Positions 30,638 through 39,833 of a stretch of DNA of 64,000 nt are shown here, one piece after another. This DNA comes from Candidatus Dojkabacteria bacterium (GTDB lineage: Bacteria; Patescibacteriota; Dojkabacteria; B142; OLB20), in assembly GCA_035444565.1 (NCBI GenBank), contig DAOMOX010000005.1, forward strand, positions 5,045-69,044, in the 5' to 3' direction. A program made the translations under genes and the position numbers. Positions within the stretch are counted from its first letter, which is position 1. Each line of letters opens with the position of its first letter. The notes beneath the pieces were generated by a model that made no database searches, was not told the origin of the DNA, and was given only the letters and a program-made list of their open reading frames with translations.

Positions 30638-31779
30638 TGGAACATTTACTCTCAGTAAATGCAGGAAGTACCTCAGTTAAATACAAGCTTTTCGACTCTG
30701 CTTTAAACGAAATTCTTTTCGGACATATTGAGAATATTAAAGGAAAATTTGTCTCAAAACTTGTAAAAAATGGGGAGAAGTATGTTTGGGAAATTACAGA
30801 AAGTGAATTTAAAAAACCACATCTTCTAGTAGCAAAAGAGATTGCGGGTTACGAAATTTCAAAAATTGGTTTTAGAATTGTACATGGAGGTGAGAAATTC
30901 ACAAAACCCACGAAGTTAACTGACAAAGTAATTGCCGATTTAGAGCAGTTGAACGATATGGCGCCCCTCCATAACCCCCCTGCGATTAAAATTATTCGAC
31001 AATTTAAGAAATTTTTCCCAGAAATTAACATGTATGGAGTGTTCGATACGGCTTTCCATTCGACCATAAATCCAGAACAATTTCTGTATTCTCTTCCTTA
31101 TGATTTATACCAAAAGCATAAAATCAGAAAATACGGTTTTCATGGAATTTCCCATCAATACATCTACGAACAAATCTCCACACTCGAGAAAAAGAACAAA
31201 AAAGTAATTTCATGTCATCTAGGAGGTGGTGCAAGTATCACTGCAATTAAAGATGGGGAAAGCTATGACACCTCAATGGGATTTACTCCTCTAGAGGGAT
31301 TAACAATGGCAACAAGATCTGGAGATATCGATTCAGGAATCATATTTTACCTCGTCGAGCGGAAACTCTACCCTCTCAAGGAACTCAAAAATCTGATGAA
31401 TCATTTCAGCGGACTTATGGGAATCTCTGGAATCACATCAGATATGAGAAAGTTATTGGAATTAGAAAAGAAAGGTAATAAACGCGCGCATCTAGCAATT
31501 GAAATTTATATTTACGATATTGTTAGATACATCGGTGCATATATCGTAGCACTTGGTGGGCTAGATGTTTTAGCTTTTAGTGGTGGTGTCGGATCTGGTT
31601 CGGATGTTCTTAGGGAGCGTATTTGTGAATCACTAACTGCTTATAACATACGAATATCTAGAAAAAACAAAGGAAAAATAAACGTAGAAGAAAATATGAA
31701 AATTAGCTCTAGAGGTTCGCTTCCGGTTTGGATTATTCCTACAGATGAAGAAAAAATGATTGCTAAAAGTATTATTTAG
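30637..31779 (+). CDS. ackA: Acetate kinase
   Basis: VNAGSTS.K, RIVHGG, APLHNP, FDTAFH, YGFHG.SH, HLGGGAS, TSMGFTPLEG, TDEE. Confidence 0.97.
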   Translation: MEHLLSVNAGSTSVKYKLFDSALNEILFGHIENIKGKFVSKLVKNGEKYVWEITESEFKKPHLLVAKEIAGYEISKIGFRIVHGGEKFTKPTKLTDKVIADLEQLNDMAPLHNPPAIKIIRQFKKFFPEINMYGVFDTAFHSTINPEQFLYSLPYDLYQKHKIRKYGFHGISHQYIYEQISTLEKKNKKVISCHLGGGASITAIKDGESYDTSMGFTPLEGLTMATRSGDIDSGIIFYLVERKLYPLKELKNLMNHFSGLMGISGITSDMRKLLELEKKGNKRAHLAIEIYIYDIVRYIGAYIVALGGLDVLAFSGGVGSGSDVLRERICESLTAYNIRISRKNKGKINVEENMKISSRGSLPVWIIPTDEEKMIAKSII

Positions 31780-32630
31780 ACTTTCTTAATCTTTATCTCC
31801 CACCACCTTCTTTCCGTTGTGCAGTGTCTCTCCGTGGCTTGCTTGCCCTGCCGAAAGGGAGGGACCACGGAGTCTCCTCTTGTAATTCTTGATATAGTTT
31901 CAGACTTAGTACTATTCGTTTCTACTTTTTCTGTCAATATTCCTGGCTTTGGTTTTCGAGCGAGAGAAATTTGCATTGCAAGTCGAAGTAATAAAATCAA
32001 TACGATGTATACGGCTATTAAAGAACTCATTTGAGGCAGTGTATTTGCCCCATCCTTGGACCACTTAATCCAAATTTCGAAGTTTTTTATTGTAAAATGA
32101 ACCAATGCAAAAAGCAAAGCAATATACCCTACCCTCAACAATTTTCGCCATCTGACACCACCAATTTTCTTGGTAGAATAATTATTTGAAATTAATGCCA
32201 TGAGGGTGAATATTATCAACGATAAAGCACCAAGTATAAAAGGTATTCGATTGTTAATTGTTAAATTTAACACTAACCAATCTTTATGAAGTACAAACTT
32301 TTCTAAACCTGTATTTGCTAGGAAATAAAAATAAAGTGAGTTTAAACCATGCCAAAGGACAAAAAAATAACCCACCAAACCTAGATATTTTCTATAAGGG
32401 ACTTTTCTGTCGAGGAAATCCCAGTAATATCCCAAACCACTCAAAGCAAAGGACAACCCCATCAGGATGATTGCAGTTGATGCAGTAGCTTTGTTAATCA
32501 TCTCAAGGGAAAAATTATCACCTTGGAAGAAATAGTAATAGCAGACGAAGAGAAAAACCAAACCGCCAAAGCTGAGAGTGTTTAACCAAAACTTCAGAAT
32601 TGGGTTTGATTCTATTTTGGAGTCTTTCAT
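31776..32630 (-). CDS. Ferric-reductase-like transmembrane (MsrQ/YedZ-like) protein with a repeat-derived C-terminus
   Basis: RKYLGL......WH, LMALISN......G..W.KL.R..Y......VH; six TM helices. Confidence 0.75.
   Translation of the reverse strand: MKDSKIESNPILKFWLNTLSFGGLVFLFVCYYYFFQGDNFSLEMINKATASTAIILMGLSFALSGLGYYWDFLDRKVPYRKYLGLVGYFFVLWHGLNSLYFYFLANTGLEKFVLHKDWLVLNLTINNRIPFILGALSLIIFTLMALISNNYSTKKIGGVRWRKLLRVGYIALLFALVHFTIKNFEIWIKWSKDGANTLPQMSSLIAVYIVLILLLRLAMQISLARKPKPGILTEKVETNSTKSETISRITRGDSVVPPFRQGKQATERHCTTERRWWEIKIKKV
31826..31874 (+). repeat. GTCA-type REP palindrome with a second palindrome inserted in its loop
   Basis: GTCTCTCCGTGGCTT[gcttgccctgccgaaagggagg]GACCACGGAGTC; same family as the repeats at 53217-54026. 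Confidence 0.8.
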
Positions 32631-32634
32631 TAAC

Positions 32635-33387
32635 CTAGATTAACAAAAAAGAGCTAACAACCATACCTGCAGTTTCTGTCCGCAATACCGGTAAGTTCAG
32701 TTTTACTAATTTGAATCCACTTACTAATGCAGAGGATACTTCTTTTTCAGAGAAGCCTCCTTCTGGACCAATAACTATCAATACTTTATCCTTAATTTTA
32801 ATTTGTTCTTTGATTTCTTTTAGATTTATTGTTGCACCACCTTCAGAGTCAGTATGAAGTAGTAGTTTGTAATCTGCTTCTAAGTTTAACAACTCATTAA
32901 AACTTAATGCTGGTGCAACTTCAGGAATGAAATTGTTTACACTTTGTCTGGAGGCTTCTTGAACCACCTTTCCAAGCCTTTGCATTTTTTTCTCATCATA
33001 ATGTTTGGCTTTTACGACACTATAATCACTCTCGAATAAGACAAATTTTTGAACGCCGACTTCGGTGTTCATTCGTAATATCATGTCAATTTTTCCAGCT
33101 TTTGGGAGTCCCTGAGCCAAGATAATGTGCGGTCTCTCCGGGATTTCTTCAACATTTTTCTCTAGGACTTTCGCAACCAAAACTTCTTTACTTAATAATT
33201 CGACTTCGGAAAGATATGATGTGCCTTCTCCATCAAACAATATTACTTTGTCACCTTTAGATATCCGCAATACTTTTCGGGCATGTTTTAATATCTTCTC
33301 CTCTTTAAGATAATACTTACCTTTTGCATATTCGTATTCGGAAAGAAAAAATCTAGGTAATGATTTCATACAATTATTCTTTAACAA
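32635..33387 (-). CDS. rsmE: 16S rRNA m3U1498 methyltransferase
   Basis: H..KVLR...GD, TEVGV, EASRQS, IGPEGGFS, LRTETAG. Confidence 0.95.
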   Translation of the reverse strand: MLKNNCMKSLPRFFLSEYEYAKGKYYLKEEKILKHARKVLRISKGDKVILFDGEGTSYLSEVELLSKEVLVAKVLEKNVEEIPERPHIILAQGLPKAGKIDMILRMNTEVGVQKFVLFESDYSVVKAKHYDEKKMQRLGKVVQEASRQSVNNFIPEVAPALSFNELLNLEADYKLLLHTDSEGGATINLKEIKEQIKIKDKVLIVIGPEGGFSEKEVSSALVSGFKLVKLNLPVLRTETAGMVVSSFLLI

Positions 33388-34210
33388 CTGATGAATTTAA
33401 AAGGCTTGTCACCATCCTGGCTTCAAAGTGCTGCATATATACTGTCCCAACAGACAAGGCAACCGGCAACAAGAACAACCCCACACATAGTAATATGAAG
33501 AATGCAGACATATAAATCGCAAACATCACAATTGTTTGTGCAAGGAAGATAAGTCCACCCACGATTAGAATTTCTTTGAAATTTGATTTTATGGCATTTA
33601 GAACAGCATTCATATTTATTGTATCTGCAATTCTGCCCTCGTTATTTATAAATCTGGCTGTTAGCAGTGGGAAGAAAAGAAGCCTTGTCAGAAATTGCAA
33701 GAACGTTCCAAGCCATACAACCGCATTTCCTGAAATTAAAAATATCCAGTATTCCGCACTAAGTGGATCTTCGGTAGTTTCCATAAATTGTGATGAGAAA
33801 CTATTTACAAATGATCCAACAAACAGAATAAGTGTGGGAATTAGAATATAAGCTAATTGTGACAGATTCAGTTTAAAACCCTGAGTAATCCTTCTTCCGT
33901 AATCTGCTAGATGTGCAACACTTTCAATCTGCCCATCATGTTGCATTACCTTAACTAAATCTAATTTATAACCTGCCAAATAAAACTGTACAATGAGATG
34001 AGTCACTAGTAAGATTAGTCCAATAACTAAAAATAATAGGAATGCGAATAGTAGGTCACCTAGCATGAGAAATATTGTTAATGCGAATAATGCCATACCC
34101 AAAACGCTGATTATCAAGTACATACCCCCAATTCCCAGACTCCTCTGTTTCCAATCACTAAGTTTGAAGAATTCTGTAAATATTACGTTTGTGTCTATTT
34201 TGACTTTCAT
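33374..34210 (-). CDS. Multi-pass membrane protein (DUF4013-like)
   Basis: Several TM helices, with GY...... and G.K.....L.Y..P patterns. Confidence 0.55.
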   Translation of the reverse strand: MKVKIDTNVIFTEFFKLSDWKQRSLGIGGMYLIISVLGMALFALTIFLMLGDLLFAFLLFLVIGLILLVTHLIVQFYLAGYKLDLVKVMQHDGQIESVAHLADYGRRITQGFKLNLSQLAYILIPTLILFVGSFVNSFSSQFMETTEDPLSAEYWIFLISGNAVVWLGTFLQFLTRLLFFPLLTARFINNEGRIADTINMNAVLNAIKSNFKEILIVGGLIFLAQTIVMFAIYMSAFFILLCVGLFLLPVALSVGTVYMQHFEARMVTSLLNSSVVKE

Positions 34211-34232
34211 AATGTTCCTATAAAATAATAAA

Positions 34233-34583
34233 TTAAGTTATTGCCGGGTGTTTTTTTGAACTTTTTTCTAATTTTTTGGTAATGATATCTGATACATCCA
34301 TATCAAGATGATCAGCAAGCTCAAGAGAATATATTAATATGTCTGCTAACTCCTCTTCGATTCTCTCTCTTAAATGAGATTTAGTTTTTGCCTCTTTTTC
34401 TATAACTTTGTGAGTTGTGAATAAAAACAACTGTAACAGTTCTCCCGCTTCGACAATTATTGCCTCACTTAGATTTACGGGATTGTGATGTTTCTTCCAA
34501 TCACGTTTTGACACAAAGTCAGAAATATCTTTTTGAATTGATTGGATGGTTCTCTCGTTGTCATTGTTACTTTTCATGCCCAA
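34233..34583 (-). CDS. MazG-like (dCTP pyrophosphatase-type) nucleotide pyrophosphohydrolase
   Basis: RDW...H.P.NL..AI..EAGEL...F and EEELADILIY. Confidence 0.88.
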   Translation of the reverse strand: MGMKSNNDNERTIQSIQKDISDFVSKRDWKKHHNPVNLSEAIIVEAGELLQLFLFTTHKVIEKEAKTKSHLRERIEEELADILIYSLELADHLDMDVSDIITKKLEKSSKKHPAIT

Positions 34584-34670
34584 TTATAACTAATTAATCA
34601 AACAATATAAATGTAATTTGTTATTGATAAACAAATCCCATATACTAAAATAAGTAAGTTATTACCAAAT

Positions 34671-35012
34671 ATGCAGAATCCAAATTCAACACAAAATCCA
34701 GCTCCAACAGTGAATCAGAGTCAACAACAAACGCAACCTGAAACACCCGTCGCTAGTAACAGACCTGGACCGTATGACAACTATGCACTTACATCATTTC
34801 TCATGGGGACTTTTTCTATTATCACAAGTCTAGTTGTATATCCAGGGCTGGCATTCGGAATAATGTCTATCGTTTTTGGTCTTAGAGGCAAACAATCTAC
34901 AGCTAAGTCTAAATTAGCTAAAATCGGAATTATTTTGGGTGTAATTGGATTGATTTCATCAATATTCTGGGGCATTTTGAATCTGTATCTATCGGTAGTT
35001 GGAAATTCTTAA
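34671..35012 (+). CDS. DUF4190-like small membrane protein
   Basis: Q/P-rich N-terminus, then A..S..MG..S......G...IVFG........LA.IGIILG. Confidence 0.7.
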   Translation: MQNPNSTQNPAPTVNQSQQQTQPETPVASNRPGPYDNYALTSFLMGTFSIITSLVVYPGLAFGIMSIVFGLRGKQSTAKSKLAKIGIILGVIGLISSIFWGILNLYLSVVGNS

Positions 35013-35026
35013 ACTTCTGGGGAACA

Positions 35027-35455
35027 TTAGAAAATCAATCTGAGCAACTCAGTCAAAATCATCAAAACGATAAACACAATTATCAGCAACGTCAGGATTA
35101 TCAAAACCTTCAATGCGATATCAATTGGTTTATATGGCACTAATTCAAAATAATATATGTCATAGAATTTTGCGTATAATGCAGGATATTGCACTGTTTT
35201 GAAATAAACCCACTTTTTCTTTAAGTATTTAATAAATTTTACAAAATTTTCCTTCGTCAAAATACTTTTTCTTGGACCTCTCACTTTTTTCTTTCTTGGT
35301 TCTGCTTTTTCAGTCACCTTCTTCGTATCATATGTAGGAGTTATGATTGGGGAATAATTTTCTTCCGAAGCAATATCTTCACCGCTTACCCCAATTGGCT
35401 CGGGTTCGGTGCTTATGTATTTTTTGTTAGAAACATCTTCTGGTAAATCGAACAT
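35027..35455 (-). CDS. Hypothetical protein with C-terminal TM anchor
   Basis: 142-aa ORF with a hydrophobic C-terminus. Confidence 0.65.
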   Translation of the reverse strand: MFDLPEDVSNKKYISTEPEPIGVSGEDIASEENYSPIITPTYDTKKVTEKAEPRKKKVRGPRKSILTKENFVKFIKYLKKKWVYFKTVQYPALYAKFYDIYYFELVPYKPIDIALKVLIILTLLIIVFIVLMILTELLRLIF

Positions 35456-35555
35456 TTCTTTAATTAACTTTCTATATTCTATAATTTCCCAGATGCAAGG
35501 ACAAATTACAAGAGAAATGTTATTATGAGAATCTGTTATTTTTTAGATTGAAGAA

Positions 35556-36788
35556 ATGTCAGATAAACCTGATAAAAGGCTTCTCAACAATATCACCTTC
35601 TTCGGAGATTCAGCAATTCCTGAAGAGAGCCCAATATATAAAGACATATGGAATGCCGCTAAATTTCTTGCCCAGAAAGGCTATACCATAGTAAATGGAG
35701 GTGGTCCTGGTGTTATGAAAGCAGCCACTGATGGAGCAGAATCTGTTGATGGAAACACAATCGCAATATATTGGCAACCTAAATTGGCCTCATTTTTCGA
35801 AGGGCGTAATCTAGCAAATGTTACCGATGAATATGAAACCGCTTCAAACTATATGACTAGAACTTTGGGTTTAATAGAGAAAGGTGATGCATATCTAGTG
35901 TGTAAAGGTGGAACAGGAACTGTATCTGAGTTTGGTATGGTCTGGGCATTGGCAAAACTTTATTATGGTTGTCACAAACCAGTTATCTTGTATGGTGATT
36001 TCTGGGATCCGATTATAGAAAGCCTTCAAACAAATCTAAATATTGACGAGACTGAGTTAGCTGTACTCTATCAGGCAAATACACCAGAGCAAATTTTATC
36101 TATCCTCGAAAAACACGAACTAAAGATTGGACACTGCGCAGACAAACAAATAAGTGGGGATGAATCCGCTTTCATACTGAGCTCAAGGCATCTGACAAAT
36201 ATCGTTGCCTATGATCAAGAAGCTAGTTCATATGACGAACAATTCGCCGGCAAACCTGTATCACATATTCAGCTTGATGAGTTTATTTCTATGGTACACC
36301 CACCTGCGAAAGTTCTCGATCTCGGAACTGGGTTTGGACAAGACGCAAAATATTTATCAACTAAATACACGGTTACTGGTGTCGAAATCTCTCCTAAATC
36401 TGCAATGATTGCTAAATTTGAGAATCCTGATATGGAATTAATAGTTGACGATATGGTGAAATACGATTTCGGAAAAGATAAATTCAAAGGAATCTGGGCT
36501 CGAAATTCACTACATCACATAGAAGAACAATATCAAGATTTGATTTTCAAGAAAGCATTCGATGCACTCGTAGATGACGGAATCTTCTACTTGGTTGTTC
36601 GTGAAGGAGATGGTGAAAAAGTGGAAATCGATGAAAGAGGATATCAAAAAATAGAAAAGTTCTATCACCTATATTCAAAAGATGAAATTATCGAAAGAGC
36701 TAGAAAAGCGGGTTTTAAAGTTGAAAAAATCGACACAGTAGTCAGGAGTCATAAATGGCTTAATATAATTTTAAGAAAGAAGAATTAA
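35556..36788 (+). CDS. LOG-family nucleotide phosphoribohydrolase fused to a class I SAM methyltransferase
   Basis: N-terminal GGGPGVMKA, R, GGTGT..E, KPVILY...W. C-terminal VLDLGTGFG and SLHH. Confidence 0.85.
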   Translation: MSDKPDKRLLNNITFFGDSAIPEESPIYKDIWNAAKFLAQKGYTIVNGGGPGVMKAATDGAESVDGNTIAIYWQPKLASFFEGRNLANVTDEYETASNYMTRTLGLIEKGDAYLVCKGGTGTVSEFGMVWALAKLYYGCHKPVILYGDFWDPIIESLQTNLNIDETELAVLYQANTPEQILSILEKHELKIGHCADKQISGDESAFILSSRHLTNIVAYDQEASSYDEQFAGKPVSHIQLDEFISMVHPPAKVLDLGTGFGQDAKYLSTKYTVTGVEISPKSAMIAKFENPDMELIVDDMVKYDFGKDKFKGIWARNSLHHIEEQYQDLIFKKAFDALVDDGIFYLVVREGDGEKVEIDERGYQKIEKFYHLYSKDEIIERARKAGFKVEKIDTVVRSHKWLNIILRKKN

Positions 36789-36789
36789 C

Positions 36790-37695
36790 ATGAAAGGGAT
36801 AAAAAACATTTTTAATGGCATTATTATGGGAATTGCAGAAATAGTTCCTGGAGTTAGTGCCTCTACTGCCACGCTCTTACTAGGTATTTATGATGATTTT
36901 CTCAACTTATTAGAAGGTGTAACAAACTTTGTTAGAGATCTTCTACAATTCATAATCAGAAAAATCTCGAAAGATAAATTAATTAAATCATTTAAAAAGA
37001 TAAACTTTGCTTATGGTATTCAACTATTCATAGGAATGGTTATCGGAATAGTTCTCTTCTCTAATATCGTGGACTATTTCTACGAGAACAATAAAACGAT
37101 AGTACAAGCAATATTTTTTGGAATCATCCTTGCTTCAATTATCATCCCAATTAAAGTTGTAAAGAAACCCAATTTAACGGATTTATTATTCTTAATCATA
37201 GGATTTGTTGCATTTTTCTCAGTTTTAAAGATGGGGCAAGTAAGCAATGCAGATTCTATTCCACTTTGGTTAATTTTCATCGGAGGGACAATAAGTGTCT
37301 CGGGGATGGTGCTACCTGGAGTAAATAGCTCTTTTGTTCTAATTCCATTGGGGGTTTATGAATTAATCTTAAAAATGGTAAAAGAATTTAGTAGACTCAA
37401 CTTCACTTTTGAATTAATCACTCAGGCGTTAGTTTTTGGTTCTGGTGTAGCATTTGGATTAATTAGTTTTGTAAAAGTTCTAAAATACGCTTTTAAAAAT
37501 CATATCACTAAACTATTCTCTCTAATTGCTGGCATTATGCTTGCGTCCTTGATTAGTCTATGGCCTTATCAAAATATTGATTATACGAGCAAAGATTCAC
37601 TAATAATCTCAGTATTATTAATCATCTCACTAATATTAACTCTAGGATTTATACTAAAGACTAAACCTGAAGAAGAGGTTACACTAAAGCGTTAA
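36790..37695 (+). CDS. DUF368 family (undecaprenyl-phosphate translocase)
   Basis: G..MG.AEIVPGVS..T..L.LGIY, with the internal repeat M.LPGV.SS..L..LGVY. Confidence 0.85.
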   Translation: MKGIKNIFNGIIMGIAEIVPGVSASTATLLLGIYDDFLNLLEGVTNFVRDLLQFIIRKISKDKLIKSFKKINFAYGIQLFIGMVIGIVLFSNIVDYFYENNKTIVQAIFFGIILASIIIPIKVVKKPNLTDLLFLIIGFVAFFSVLKMGQVSNADSIPLWLIFIGGTISVSGMVLPGVNSSFVLIPLGVYELILKMVKEFSRLNFTFELITQALVFGSGVAFGLISFVKVLKYAFKNHITKLFSLIAGIMLASLISLWPYQNIDYTSKDSLIISVLLIISLILTLGFILKTKPEEEVTLKR

Positions 37696-37750
37696 TTTGT
37701 GATTCTCCAGTATATTCAATATAATAAGTTACTAATTATTCTCAATTAAG

Positions 37751-38089
37751 ATGGAAACTGCCAAATCCTCAAGTAGCTTGTTATTGAAACTTTCTGTTGC
37801 TTTTTTCTTTTTTTCACTAATTACTACACTAATAGTAGTCGGATTATTAATCTCTAGAAGCTCAGGGAAAACCTGTAACTATAACGGAACAATTTATAGC
37901 AATGGTGAAGGATTTATGGATGACTGCAATAGTTGCAGTTGCAGTGATGGAGATGTGGCCTGCACAACTATGGCTTGTGAGGTAGGTGATGAAGACATAT
38001 TCTACCCTGAGTCAGACTACGAAGATGACGAGGCTGTGGTTGATGATGAATATCCAGAAGTTACCGAAGCATTATCAGAAACCCCTTAA
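37751..38089 (+). CDS. Membrane-anchored pacifastin/VWC-like Cys-rich protein
   Basis: TM helix, then CNYNG..Y..GE.F.DDCNSCSCSDGDVACTTMAC, then an acidic tail. Confidence 0.72.
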   Translation: METAKSSSSLLLKLSVAFFFFSLITTLIVVGLLISRSSGKTCNYNGTIYSNGEGFMDDCNSCSCSDGDVACTTMACEVGDEDIFYPESDYEDDEAVVDDEYPEVTEALSETP

Positions 38090-38091
38090 TT

Positions 38092-38463
38092 TCAAATAAA
38101 CAAATCCAAAATTTTCGGAAGAAAGATTAAAATTGCCACATTAACAGAGAATATTGCTGAGATAAGTACTGCCCCAGCAGCTAGGTCTCTTGCATTTTTT
38201 GTAGAGTCATAACTCAAACCCAGATCATCTCTTAATTTATTACAGATATCCTCTAAAACAGTATTCACAGTTTCTAGGCTCATCACGAGGCTGAAACAGA
38301 TAAACACTGCAATCCATTCCATTAATGAAATATTGAAAAGAAGTCCGGCTACAGTGACTACTACCACAGCAATAATGTGGACACGCATATTTCTCTCTTT
38401 CGAGACCAGCGAAAGACCTCTTATTGCATGTGGGAAGCTTTTGAAGACTTTTTTAATATCCAT
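38092..38463 (-). CDS. dgkA: Diacylglycerol/undecaprenol kinase
   Basis: SF..A..GL....ERNMRVH, E..NT.LE..C, A.D.AAGAV. Confidence 0.9.
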   Translation of the reverse strand: MDIKKVFKSFPHAIRGLSLVSKERNMRVHIIAVVVVTVAGLLFNISLMEWIAVFICFSLVMSLETVNTVLEDICNKLRDDLGLSYDSTKNARDLAAGAVLISAIFSVNVAILIFLPKILDLFI

Positions 38464-38472
38464 AGAAAAATT

Positions 38473-39831
38473 TTAGTCTGGAACGGTTATCTGTTCGACA
38501 TCTTTTGTGCTATTTTTTGGAAGCCAGCCTGTTTGGCCATTCGATAATTCAATCCTGTACCATTCTGCTGTTTCTTGGATCATTTTAAATTGTTCCCCTT
38601 CTTCGGCTAAGTAAATAACATTTGCACTCAAGCTGTTCGTCTCGTACACACGATATTTTGAATCCTGAGTGGTTAAACCGACATTTAGTTCGTCAAAAGT
38701 GGTTTGTGACTCATCGGTTTTCTCTGTTTCAGCTCCTTGCACAGAAGATGATGGCTCAACAGATGGTGTATTTGTTGCCTCTATTTGATCACTCTCTGAA
38801 TTTTGAGTAGGTGGGACAAGTTCCATCCAGCATTTTCTCTCCATAACACCAATCACATCTTGTATGAAGACTAAGTACATCAAAATCATAAAGAATAAGA
38901 AAGCTAGAAGATTGATTAATTTTTTATTCTTTTTCATTTTCTTGTTATTTTTCATTTCCTTGAATGTATAGTAAGCAGTCAATGCCAGGCCTATTAATGA
39001 TACCCCGACAAATATTGGTAATCTATTATTACTGATTACCTCTGGAGCTCCTGAACAAACTTCTTCGAAAACCTTCTCAGGAAGGACATTAAATACCACT
39101 CTATTTTCATAGAGTGATTCACCACCTACGAAAACCTTTATATTTCCATAATATTCTCCAGCAACAAGACCATGGTTTTTAATTATTGCTTTGACATCGG
39201 AGAATACATACGCTGGTGCTTGTTCAATTATATCCGTCTCTAACACAGCAATTTCTTTTTCGAGTAGATTTTGAACCGTAACTTCAACTTTCGATGGAGC
39301 AAGGTTTGTATTTCCGTTATTTTGTATCTTCAAATCAACAGTCATTTCCTCTTTCTCGTAAGTATCTGGGATACTTGCAGCTCTAATTTCTAGGTCAATT
39401 AAACTATCTTCCGTAGTGGCTAATTTAATATCAACCCTCGCACCTTTAACTATAGAAACACCTTTTACTTTTTCTTTTGGTGTAGCTAAAATTCTAAACA
39501 ACCCCGTATAATTTTTGGTTGCAGCGTCGGCTGGAATATTAACAATTACTTTTATTGGCACCCTTGTTTCCCCTACAGGTAATGTTACGTTCATACTCGG
39601 TTCAAATGTCACCCATCCATTCAATTCACCTAAGTCAGGTTCTATTATCGCTACAAGCTCTTCATCTGGATCAGACCTGGAGATAATCATATCTTGAACG
39701 TATTGTGTACCTTTCTTAAGTGAGCTATTTGTAACACCAGCAGGAGAAATTCCAAAGCCAGCATGTACAGTCTCAGGCAAGAACAAGAGTAAACTGAAAC
39801 TAAATAAGATTGTAATTAATAATTTTTTCAT
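38473..39831 (-). CDS. DUF916/WxL-interacting-like protein (signal peptide, two Ig-like domains, 2 TM, C-terminal SH3b)
   Basis: VHA|GFGISP, W.TF....TLP.GE...I...IP.DA....Y.G, I.N.GN...P, G.Y. C-terminal WYRIELSNGQTGWLP. Start placed at MKKLL. Confidence 0.62.
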   Translation of the reverse strand: MKKLLITILFSFSLLLFLPETVHAGFGISPAGVTNSSLKKGTQYVQDMIISRSDPDEELVAIIEPDLGELNGWVTFEPSMNVTLPVGETRVPIKVIVNIPADAATKNYTGLFRILATPKEKVKGVSIVKGARVDIKLATTEDSLIDLEIRAASIPDTYEKEEMTVDLKIQNNGNTNLAPSKVEVTVQNLLEKEIAVLETDIIEQAPAYVFSDVKAIIKNHGLVAGEYYGNIKVFVGGESLYENRVVFNVLPEKVFEEVCSGAPEVISNNRLPIFVGVSLIGLALTAYYTFKEMKNNKKMKKNKKLINLLAFLFFMILMYLVFIQDVIGVMERKCWMELVPPTQNSESDQIEATNTPSVEPSSSVQGAETEKTDESQTTFDELNVGLTTQDSKYRVYETNSLSANVIYLAEEGEQFKMIQETAEWYRIELSNGQTGWLPKNSTKDVEQITVPD

Positions 39832-39833
39832 TG

